NCBI GenBank assembly: GCA_012295275.1
Contig: CM022665.1
Coordinates: 36,022,001-36,086,000 of the forward strand
Source of the DNA: Chrysomallon squamiferum
Taxonomy: Eukaryota > Animalia > Mollusca
DNA: 64,000 nucleotides
Reading direction: 5' to 3'
Below are positions 39,516 through 52,800 of this stretch, piece after piece (position 1 is the stretch's first letter; each line of letters begins with the position of its first letter). Below the pieces are notes generated by a model that was not told the origin of the DNA, searched no databases, and was given only the letters and a program-made list of their open reading frames with translations. The position numbers and the translations under genes are program-made.

Positions 39516-42500
39516 GAGAGAGACATAAATAATTGCTTCTCAACTGGAAATATTTGTTTTTATTAATTAATATTTTAATGTATTACAATTTTTTTTCTAT
39601 TCTTCTGAATTTACTGTTGGCTATCTGCAACTTTAAGTAAACACAAATAACGGTTTTGAGCAACAAATAAATAAATAAACAACAGTAACAATAAAATATT
39701 AAAGTAATGAAAGAATTTAAGATAAAAACAACTAGTCATACCAGCAAATGGGGCTTCAAGATTGACAAAGTCTTTATAGATGAAGTTTACGTAGTCTTTG
39801 CCAATCCAGAGTTTTGACGACCCCTCCAGGCCACACTTTAGAATGTCCTCTTCACTCTTTGTTCTCTGCAGAGTACACTCAGGTAAATTCAGAATCCTCA
39901 GACTGCTCAGTTAAAATAAACACAAAGTAATAAAAATCAGAATGTGATAAAACAAAAAAACAAAAACAAAACAAGAAGCAAACAAAATACACACAAAATA
40001 GGTAAATAAATAAGTATATAAATTTAAAAAAAAAATTAAAAATTAAAAAAAAAAAAATAAAGAAAATGAAACAAAAATAAAAAGTAAAATATTTATGGAA
40101 TGAATGGATGTTTAATAATACCCAAGCACAAAAAAAAAAATATGTTGGCTGTTGGGTGTCAAACAAAGTTAAATATACTAAAATGATGAAAATTTTCTGT
40201 ATAAAAATTCAAAATTAAAATTAGTCAAAACATAGTGTAAAGAGCTGTGCAAAAAGTATCACACTATATTTAAATTATAATTTATGGTAAAATTCTGTAA
40301 CTCTCAGAAATTTCAAAACAAGTTCAGGATGGAATTGAAATGATTCCATCACACCTATTTGACAAAATATATCCTTCCGTATCTGCCTAAGATGATAATA
40401 AAATAAATTTAAAAAAAGTTTAATAAATAAATAAATGGTGTTCTCTCTCTTTCTCAAATGCTAATAAAGATTTTAAAAAAAAAGAATGAATGAAAAAGCA
40501 ACACATAAAAGAAAGAAACAAAAAAAAGCCCTCCAAACAACTCCCCCCTCAAAAAACAACAACAAAAAAACAAACACAAAACACAAGAATCTATGAAAAT
40601 GAATGATAATAAATAACTAATTGCTATGTCAAATTATTTACTGGTAATCTCTTAATACTTGTATCTTGTTATATTCTTTGGATACTTTACCTTGCTGCTC
40701 TGTCTCTATGCCACTGCCATTTGTCACCCAACTTCCCCTGAAAAACAATGCACAATAGTACATAATTAAAATGCATATATGAACAAACTGACAGTTTCAT
40801 ATTAATAGGACATGTTTGTTGTGTACCAAATGTTTTATGATAATAATTATTAAAAAGTCTGCTCAAATGAATTTTAGTAACATTTTCCTTCTCCAGTCAA
40901 AACAAGCATGTGTATTAGTAAATTTGTAATAAACTCAAAATTATAAACTTGATGTGTGCTTTATTGAGAATGTTTCTCAGTGCATGAATCTAAATGTTAT
41001 TTATAAAAATTTTAATTTATTTAGTGCAATTTTCTGTGCCTGATTATTGGTGAAAAACCCACTGAAAGAAAGGTAAATAAACAGAAGATTATACATTATA
41101 CAGTATTGTAGCTTGCTATTAAACAACCACCATTTGTATGATCCAGTAACAAAGTGATATATTTTTCATTCTATATACTTTACTCACACACAATTCAGAA
41201 ATGATGTACCTAGTGAAAAAACAAATACATAATGCTAAACAACTTCACTTTCTTTAACATTCATTCATATGACTTTGATATACATTTTTACACTGATAAT
41301 TAATTTGCCAAAAAACTTTATGTACATAAATTTCATAATAACTTTAATAACATAATTACCAAAAACATTTTTTTAATTTTTTCTTTTCTTTTTAAAGCAT
41401 TAGAGAGAAGAGAGAAAACAGAAAACAAGGAAACAAGAAAGGTAATGAAGAAAGATTCTTAAATTTCTGCAACATTAACATAAAGGTAATGTTTTTGTAT
41501 GTTTGGAACAAATCATTTTTATACTGAAATTTAAAAATTATATATATATTTGGAAGTCAGATTTTTATTTCATATTTTTAATAGTATTTAGTGGAAAACT
41601 GCAATGTTTTCCAATTAGCAGAATAGTTTCTGTCATTTGCTGTAGACAAGAAAACTGCCTAAGATAACTCATCACAGAATGCTAACAGAAAAACATCTAA
41701 AATAAATCCCAGGAAAAACTGATCTTGAAAACTCATTACATTTCAGACTTGTGCTATAACAGTTTTGTTTTAATTTCCCATTTCTAATTCAAATATAAAT
41801 GTAAGTGACTGATGAAAATAAAAATATCTACAAATGTGTATTCTGATTTACTCATGCAGGATTTTATATCTTTATTTAATTTTTACTTTCTTAAATGGAA
41901 TAGAAAAAACAAGGGAATAATTATAATAAAATACTTACAAACTTGTGTTTTGGTCCATGACCAAACATCAACTCTTTACTGATTTTCTCTGGAGTTTGAG
42001 GTTCTCGTACAACTGACTCAAATTTTTTAACATCTAGAACCATTCTCCATCGTCTTCTTGCTCTGTTGTTGGATAACTGCTGACTGCCTGTATTATCATT
42101 GTTGTTGTTGTTGTTGTTGTTGTTTGGCTCTGATTCTTTATTCAGTTTCCTGATGGCCATCAGCTGAACAACAGTGGTGGGGAGGCTGGGCACCTCACTG
42201 TCTGCATTATGCCTGTTGGATATCACTGTATTCCCAATCAGTTTTGATTCAGAAGTTTGAGACTTTGTGGAATCATAGCTGTCTCTTGGAGAAGCTTCCA
42301 CTTTGTTTTGTGTCTCCTTCACAATCATCTCTTCTGAATTCTTACCTGTTTTATGGAGATTAATCCCCTTGACGTCATTTGAGGTATTGTTAGGAATCCT
42401 ATCAACGTCATCTTCATCTTCTTCACTGTCATCATCACCATGCTCATCAATGTAGCCAATATCATTCAACTTATTGTTTGTTTCTGCTGTCTTTTGAGGA

Positions 42501-45500
42501 TATGGAGTTCTTTGCAATGATATATCAGGTGACACATTCCTTTTTGGAATTCTTAACTTTAATTTTTTCTTCTTGGCAGCATCTTTCCATAAATGTTTGT
42601 TGTTTTTGTGCACTTCTTCAGTGGTGTGTGCATCTACATCATTAACCACATAGTGGCCGATGTGATCAACAGTATTGGAATCAGCTTCTGAATCTAATTC
42701 AGTAGATCCTGAATGAGATGATGATGTGTCTACTTGTTCTTCTGCTGTTGAATTAGAGATGTCTGATTGTTCTTCTACTGTTGAATTAGAGATATATTCT
42801 TTACTGAGTGCTTGTGTCTTCTCTGGAGTTATTGACAGAGTGGTGGATGCAGATGGTTCTTTGTGGCTACTACAATGGATATGCACTTGTGATGGACTCA
42901 GGGTAAAGGTGTGGCTCTGATCCTGGGGTAAAGGACTAGGAGGTGTTACAGAAATATGGAGAGAGTATGGACTGTGACCTGTTGAATTGAGAATGTCAGA
43001 TGAAGTATGTATGTCATCATTCAGCTGAAATAAAAAAAAAATTCCATCAATTTTGTTAGCTCAGATTAACATTTTATTATTTCAAACTATGTAAATCAAA
43101 AAGTAGTAATCTTTTAAAATAATATATTTTAAATGATACACCAAGTCAAATATACTTACATAAATTAGAATACTGATCATTTCACTTTCACACACATGCA
43201 CACATACACACTCACACAGACAAACTCACAGTGATATCTATTTCATAATTATTAATTTAAAAAAGCCTGATGTGTGGATGAATAGAGGTATACTATTAAA
43301 TACTGAAATATCCTTGCAGACTTTCGACATGATTCAATAAATAATGCAAGCTAAATCTTTCTTATTCACCATCAAACAGTCTGACACAACTGTCCAATCT
43401 GGAAATAGTTAAAATACTCAACATGTAAACTTCAACTGTGGATTTTTTCTGTAAAATTCTTTACCTCAGTAATGTCTGTTGATTCTTCAGGGTGAATTTG
43501 TGTTCTTGTTAATGAGGTCAGTTCTTTGGTTGGTGTCTTTAATGCTATGGAACCAAGATCTGTAAGTCTGAATGACAAATAACAAAATTAAAAACATATT
43601 ATTTGTTTCAAATCTTCCATCAGATTTACAATACTGTTTTTATTTTCAATTCTTTATCTTTTTTGTCAATACAGATTGAATGTTTATTATCAAATTAAAA
43701 TCTGTGAGCCTAAATTACAAGAGGCCAAAAACAAAATAAAAAAAAATTAAGTATTTCACTTGTTTTTAAACTGTACGATTTAAAAATGAATATATATTCC
43801 TATATTACCCATGGAATATATTGATCGATATTTACCTGTGCTTTTCATCATCCCATCTGCCATAGCACAGATCAAATCCACCAAGAAAGGCAACTTTCTG
43901 ATCTATGACAACAACTTTTTCATGATGTGCCCACAGTAACACACCATTAGCACCATGGTCTGGATGTCGCAGGACCTAAGATAAATATTTTTATATAAGA
44001 TTCTATCTAAAAATATATTATAAACTAATATTATTGTACAGAAATTTATTCAAGGGTGATACAACTGTTGGATTAGTTATTTACTGTAGTAATTTTCAAG
44101 ATATGCTTTAGATTATAGAATTTAAGTCCAGTTTAGATGGTGGACAAATTCAAATTTAAAGTTTTACCTTGATATTCTCTGGATGTTTCGATACAAGAGC
44201 TTGCTTGCTGTATGCGCTGTTTATTCCAAGAGCTAGTTCTATTTCTTTATATAGAAGTATGAAAATCTTCACGCCAGCATCCTTAGAGTAAAAAAAAAAA
44301 TTCAATTATTAAAATTTGCTATTTAATATACACCTTTCAATGGCATAAAAAAGGCAGTTGTTTAAAACCAAGTCATTCTGTTTATGATAATGATGACTAA
44401 ATATAATTCAACCAAAAAGCACATTCAATTAAAAATTATTCTTTGTTTTGTTGGAGAAATGAAATAAAAATTGAAAATAAAAAATAAAAACGTTTTATAA
44501 AATATTTAAAATATTTTCAGTTGGTGGCAGTCATTATTCTTTAAAATATCCTCAAAAACAATGAGTAATTCATCGTCTTTTAAAGAACTACATTCTCATT
44601 ATGAAAAGAAAAACATACTTGCAGAATAAAATTTTGCCTGCATTTTTTATTTATTATCACTTTTAAAACATTTCTATTTCTTTTTTTAAAGCTCTGCAGC
44701 TGAGTAACTGGTATACACATTCAGTATTAAATAAACAGTAAAATATAAAAGTTAAATAACAAACATACTGCTTTCCTTTGTAGAATGAGATCTAGCCGCC
44801 ATTTGTCTCCTTCTGTCATTGGTCTTTTCATGTAAATCTCTGGACTCAACCTGAAAACAAATTGAAATATCAGATTTTCTAAAACTTCCATTCAATTCAA
44901 AACATGTTAGTAAAGAGAAATATTTTTATAACCACAATAACAACAACAACAAAAGAAATGATAATAAAAAAAAACCTAAAAAACCCACCTTTTTTCTATG
45001 TTACACTAATAAAAAGCAGGAACTCACATCTGATCAAACTGTGAAATGTAAATATCTACAAATTCTGTAAATCAAGAATATTTTTTACATTAAACTCTCA
45101 GTAAAATTAAATAATATACTTCTAACAAAATGATTTACAAATATTTCAAGCTTGTCTAAAACTTCAAAAAAAGGTAAAAATGGCTATTTTAAAGAAACAT
45201 ACCACCAATCTGTGATGTATATTTCCTCTTTGGCTTTCTCCAAAGCATCAGCTACTGCCTCAAAGTAAGAGGAACCATCAACAAACCTGAAAAGTGAGAA
45301 GAAATTTGATTTATAATAATCATTTTAATAATGCTAATACTAAAAATAAATATATTTATAATAATATTATTAGTAATATTTATGATGATGATGAATACTT
45401 TTATCAGACCAGGTGAATATCAAACAAAGAAAAACTGATCATAATTTAAGAGTTATTTAACTATTTAACTAATAGTTACTTAAAATGAAATAAATGTAAA

Positions 45501-46561
45501 CAAAAAACACCAAGTCTTTAACTTAGCTATTTTGTCAAAAGTATTATCATAATTATTACTTGTGTCACATTAACTAAAGATATTTTATATAATAACCAAG
45601 CATTAAAATGTGGTGTATGTTTAAACTGAAATAATCAGTTTTAACTATTATTTCTCATATATACCAGTCATATTTGTTTGTATTTTTGTTACTCAAGTTT
45701 GAAAAATACTATTACTATTAGAAATACAAATGTCCTCCTGTGTACTAACCATCTAGCATAAGAGTTTTCTCTTGCTGGTGCGTAAGAGAGAAATCTATTT
45801 TTCTGTGTGTAGTCTGTAGCTGTCATACGAGATCTCTCAGTCAGTGATGCAGCCCATTCTCGAGCTTTTCGTGAAGTCCAGCATTTTATCAATAATTTCC
45901 TATGAAATAATGATGAATGAGTTAATATAAAAATTAATAATGTGTATGGGTGTACAAAGAGAACAATAGGTAAAATAAAGATCAATAGAAATCTACTGAA
46001 TGGATGGTTTCTTTGTTATTTTTATTTTTATTTTTTTTGTTTGTATGAAATATTTTTATTTTGTTATTTAAAGACATTTCTTTAAATTAAGATACTGAAC
46101 TGCACTAAATTAATCAACAACAATGTTAACAAATAATGATTTGTCAAAGCCTCAGCTGATGAAAAATGTTCTGTTAATATTGACTGATAATAAATAAAAT
46201 AATTAATAATTAAAATTCATAAATTAAATTTAAAACAAAAACCAGTAATAACAGGAACATAAAAAAAAAAAATAATAATAATAATAACAAATAAAGAAAC
46301 ACCTAATTAAAAAAACAACAGAAAAACACCTAAAAACAACATCAAACACAAACATGCCCCCACCCCCCAAAAAAAATTGGGAAAAGTTAACAGAAAGAAA
46401 ATTACAACAAAAACATAAATTACATGAACTTACTTATTATAAAAATAAAAATACTTTTGAGATCATATTTTTCTGAAACAGATTAATCAAGGGAATACTT
46501 ATTGAAATTATTTTCCACCTGAAACTAAATTTTTCATTAACTTTCTTGTTAATTCTGTAAG

Positions 46562-46600
<39 letters not shown>

Positions 46601-49600
46601 CAACAACAACAATAATAAAGAAAGAAAGAAAGAAATTAAGAAAGATCAAAAATATTTAAAAAAAATATATATATCATTAAATAAATTTAATAATAATAAA
46701 AATAAAATAAATGGTGCTTCTGTTTTTAAGGAAATTCTAATAATTAAAATAATAATAAAAAATAAATAAAAATAAATTATTGTTCAAAAATCTACAAATA
46801 TTGAATCCATGTAATAAAGTATCACCTGCTGAGATTTGAAATGAGGACACCATGGGTGACACCAGATGCTGCAATTCCAACCTCAACTTGAAAGTCTGAA
46901 TCCATTAGCATGACATCTCTCACTATGCCATCTTCAGGACTTATGTATGCCAAAAATGTGTCTTTTACAACCAACCATCTAATGTTAAAAGAAAATAAGG
47001 ATAATAAATAAATAAATAAAAATAGCAACAACAATAATAATAATCTTAATAATAGAGAAAGCACCAAAAACTAAATTTTATCAACAAATTTGTGTATTTA
47101 TTTCCCATCTATAATGTTAAAATGTTTTAACTGTTTTCTGTTTTGTGGAAATTCTGAATGTTATACAACAGTGGCTAGTCGATTCATAAACCTCAAAGAT
47201 TTTTGGTTTCAATAACCCTTTCTTATTTATCCTGCAATACATTAAAATTAGAAAAAACAACAACAAACAAACATAACAAAAAATCATAAAAAATGCACAT
47301 TAATATCATTCATTAAAGTACCAAGGACTATTCTATATTTTAAGATTCAAATTGTAGTCAGATCAAATATTACTGCCAAAAAGAATAAATAAAAATAAAC
47401 TTTTATTATTCAAATAATAATAACATTATTGGCAATACCTTTATCAAATTCTATTGTGCACAAAATATTTTACAAAATAAATATTATCATCATAATTATT
47501 GTTAGAATTAGCATTATTATTAAATAATATAGTTACTGTTATAATTAGGTAGTAGTAAATAATATTAATATTGCTACCTTCTGTTCCATGTACCCCCAAG
47601 ATGGGCTCCTTTAAGACATCCACAACAGCCAATATTTATTCTTCGTCCTCCTGAGCACTTTTTAATCAAACCTTCTTTTCCTTTCTTTCCTAGTTTGTTC
47701 ACGAATGAGAGATGACTGACCTCAAAAAATCTCAGCTGAAAAGGAGCAATATCACAGTTTAATAAATTAATGTGTTATCTTTTTCATGCAATTACAATAA
47801 TAACTTACAGTGAATAAAGATTTGCCAAGGCATTATGTAACAGATATATGGTCATGCATTATGAAGAAAATATAGCATTAAAAGATCTGTAAACCCCAGG
47901 ACAAAGGATCATTCAGTTTTGGGGGAAATGTGATTTCTTGACTTTCCAGTTTGGTACAGTTTCATCGTATGCAAAATACTGTATAAACAACATAGCAAAT
48001 TATTAATTATTTATATAATTTGTTCTGTTAATCACTGTATTATATAACACATTTATTTATATAACTGTTCTATTAATCGAGATACTTATTTATGTAACTG
48101 TTCCATTAATCAACATATGATGTAACATATATTTATTTATACAACTGTTCTGTTAATTAAAATATTATAACTGATATTTATTTATGTGTTAATATTAATT
48201 TCCATGACACTAATGATCACAGTATGGTTTCAGAACACATAGTAATATATAAATTGCATTATCACTGTCACTATGTAGTACATTAAACATAGTAATTTTA
48301 AAAATAATCTCTATCAAACTTACTGTCTCAGTATGGTTTCGATATGACTTGTAGTGCACAACATTTTGTAGATAAGATTCCAGTTGGTTCTGAAAACAAA
48401 AGAAAATTGTCGGTTTAAGACAATGTTCTGGATCAAATTGATTTGTAGTTAAGTCAGACATATATATTTATAGAATCCTTATTAATATATTAATATATAT
48501 ATATATAAAATACAATATATAAGGACATCATTTCAACCATATATTCTTTTTCAGTAAATCCTTTATTTAGTTTCAATCAAACACAATTTGCACCACAAAG
48601 TGATTAATATTTGCTACAAAAAAAAACCTGGAAATGTTTATTGATCAGTGGTGCTGGAATGTGAACCAAAGACACTGCTATCCTGGGTAGCTCGTGGAGT
48701 CATTTTGTGGTGACAAAAAAAATAATCTGTCAAATAAACATGCTTGTATGGCCCATACATGATGACTCAGCAAAGTGAGTTAACAGAAACTGATATGTTT
48801 TCAGCAAGTACATGCTTGATCCATTTCCAAGCTGTCTGAAATGAATTTCATTTATATTTATGCATCTTCTGTTTCTGCTTTGTTGAGATAAAAAAAAAGA
48901 AAAGATGGCTAGCATTACAAAAGTTCTCTTTTCTTCAACAGAAGACAAACTTCTCAGTGATAAGTTCATAAATAACTAGATCTGCATGATATCAGTTTCC
49001 CCGAATATGAACATAACAATTGTGGGTTGCAGCTGGTGTGGATCACAATAACATTCAAAGTATGAATAACTGCCAATCGAGAAAAACAATAAAAAAGAGA
49101 GAAAAAAAAATAATAATAATTCCAAAATACACTTCTTTGTTGAATAGTCAGTTTCAGAAAAGCAGACTGAGTATAAACACAATAACAACAAAGTGTGCCT
49201 GGTACCCACTGACCAGCTGGCAGAGAAGTAAGACCCTAGTTAAAGCTGAAGAGTCTGTTGAACAGGTTGTAAGCTGACAACTGTCTGTACATTAAGTACA
49301 CTCCTTCATGTGCTTTAACTCTATATTCTATCTCATTTTACAAAATAGCTATCAAATACTGCTTCAGTGTTATAAATCATTTAAATATTTCTGAAAAATG
49401 ATATGAATGATCAATAAAAGGAAATTTCAGTTAAAATACAATAAAGTTAAATAACGCCAGACTAGACTGAACTATTTGAGTTAAGCTGTATTTAGTTAAT
49501 GTATATATGTATATTTTCCATGTATATTAAATAAACAAAAACAAATACAAGTTTAATTTAAGCCCTAATGTGAATTGTTTTTACTAAATTTGACTATATT

Positions 49601-49824
49601 AACTAGAAATTACACACATACAATTATTTAACCCTTATGAGTTGTTTCTTTTAATTTGACTATTTCAATAATAAATAGATTTATTTACCTTTCGTTGTTC
49701 TATAGTCTGTTCATTAATGAGGGCCTCTGGTCGAAGAGGGAATCTTGCATTTTGAACCTTATCAGTGCCTTTCTCCTTCCCTTCCTTGTGTTCTCTTCTT
49801 ATTGTTCTTCGTCTTTCCTGATAC

Positions 49825-49879
<55 letters not shown>

Positions 49880-52800
49880 AACAATAAAAAACCCACAGTG
49901 TAAATTTAAAACATTATATTTGACATTAAGAAAGAAGTCAAATCAACTATAATGAAGTTATCTAATTATATTCTACATACTTTATTAATAATGAAGTATA
50001 ATAACAAAACAATGACAGATCATTGAAAATAATAAAACAATGACTTTCAGAAATATAACATTTTATAAGATCATTAAGTTTTACTGCAACAGTACACTTT
50101 AAGTCTATGAAAGTAAACATATATGGCCCACACCCACCATATACACCTTCTTCTTAGATAATTTATTATTTTTTATACTGAACAGAATAACAATTGTCTG
50201 GATTCCAAAATAAATAAATATTAAAAAATGATGTCCTCAGAGTATAAATTGGGGATGTAATTCACAAGAATCTACAGTGATCGATATAGTGATCGATATT
50301 TTTTTTAAACAGTTGCCGAAATATTATTATCTGCTAGTAATTTAAAAAAGATTAATTTTCTTTTTTCTTTCATTATATTTCTTTAGCTTGTTTCCTTTAT
50401 TATCATCATTATTTTATTAAAAAAACTGAAATAATTACACCTTCAAAACTTCATACAAGCTCATTAAACTTAACAAAAAAAAAAAAAAAAAAAATTATAA
50501 CAATAATAATAAATGAAAAGAAGAAAGAAAAAACGTTATCTTTTTTGTTTGTTGCTAGTTTTTGGGGATTTATTTTATTTTTTATTTTTTGGTTAATATA
50601 CCAGAAAGTAACTGAAAATTAGGATATTATAAAGAAACAGTTTTTTTGTTTGTCACACATAACAGTTTTATATTTAATATAACTGTTCTTATAACTAATG
50701 TAGGGTGAAATTCATTGTTTTCAAAGAACTGATTTCACAACCTGTTGCTAGCTGTTATGAATATCTGCATACAGTTACTGAAACAGTGCCTGAAAAATGT
50801 TATATTTCTCAAACACATTACTGTCAGCACAAGCTGTTATAAAATATATCTGAAATGTCTTCAGGTAAAGTAAACCTCGTACTTAACACAACTCAAAATA
50901 AAACATACTAGAATCAATTTAGTTACAGCTTTGTGAAGGACATTTAATATGTATCTAAAATTTGTAAAAGCTAAAAAAAAAAAACCATGTTTTAATAATA
51001 AATAAATTAATTTTAAAAAATCAGAAAAAAATAAGCTGTTTTTAATAAAAAAAATCAGATAAAAAAATCTTTTGCACTTTAAAACAAATGAAAATCAGCT
51101 AGAACATTCTGCTGAACTATTAAACATTTATAATTAGAGTATCTGCACGTGTGTATTTGGACACAGTGATATATAATAATAAATATTTAAATTAACAATA
51201 TCAGTAGCATAAACAAAGTTAAATTTGTATGCCATCAGTATGTTATTTGTATATCAGTGCAATTCACATATGTATACCAAACATATTTGCATAATTATAA
51301 CTCCAAATGTACAAGTTCTATTTTAGGGTGTCCATTTTATTAACATAATAGTAATGTGATGATCACAAATAAGTTTAGATTTGTCATTATCTGATTTATT
51401 CAGAAAGAAACAGCTGTTGAACACAGAATGGATTTAGTTCATACAGCAAATTTAACTTGATTAAACAATAAACACATACTCACATACACAAAAATATACA
51501 TATATATTATGTTCATACATACAGATATATTAAAAGACACATTATGACTTAAGTATGTGTATACAAACATACATATATACAAAAATTATAAAAAGTGTAT
51601 GCCTAATATATACATATGTACATACATTCACACATGTATACACACATAACACACACACACACACATCAAATATCACATTTGGCTGTTTTGGCATTATACA
51701 TAAAGCAAGAAAAAATAAACAGAAAAGTCAGTGTGCTTTCCAAGTTATGCAATTACATATGGAATTGTTATAATATGTACTAACAAAATGTCACATGCTG
51801 TATAATAAGAGCCAATAAACTGAAACATATAGAATTCATGAATAATACATATATATAAATAAATAATCACATTGAAATACATGTTAATAACAGATACACA
51901 ATGGGAAATATTAATAAGATGCAGGAAATATAAAAATATATCTAACAGTGTCAAGTTTCTTTTTGTTTCATTCATATTGAGATTCCCTCTCACAGCACTG
52001 CATGAGATATCTACATGTATATTAAAACCTTACATATACCAGGAAATGCAATAAAGTAAAACAGTTTGAAGCTGATAGCTGCTATTGTTAGTGTTACAAT
52101 TCATCAGGAAATATCAGTATAAAACATTGTTTCCTCACATGCTTAACTGCATCACTATAACAATGTATATAACATGTAGCATAATACATCAAAATATCTC
52201 AAAATATATCTATTGTTTCTGGTGTATTTTGGGCCTGTGTCCTTAATACTGAATAAACTGTATAGGGTAAGCTGGGGTAACACTTTTCCATTCAACTTCA
52301 CCTACAGCTTCACAGACAAAAGGATGCAACAAAATTAAGTCTATAATGATTAGTGTTATGGCTTCAGTATTTACAAACTCTACATGCATAGTTCTGAAGC
52401 TTTAGAAATGGGAACCATGTTAAAAATTGTTGTCAGGGGCCAGATAAACCCAGACAATTTGGGGTAAATCTAGCCCCCATATTTTTTGTACTGTGGCAAT
52501 ATAATCATTGTCTGCTACTAATAGTTAGTTCTAATCATACACAAGTCATATTTTGGGTGAGTATATGTACATTGCCAGAATTAACTTGTTGTATTGGTGT
52601 TTTTTGTATCACTGCACACCAGTTTGCTTGACTTTTCATTGGAGAGTGGAACTTGGCATATCAAAGTGTATTGCAGCCTTCTTTAGGCACCTTCCATGCT
52701 GGTTTTACTGTACTGACACAGCTTGCCAGCCTTTTTATCATTCCAAATTGCATTAAGGCATACAAGATAGATGCAGTGGGGATTAGCAGGTTATGATGAT

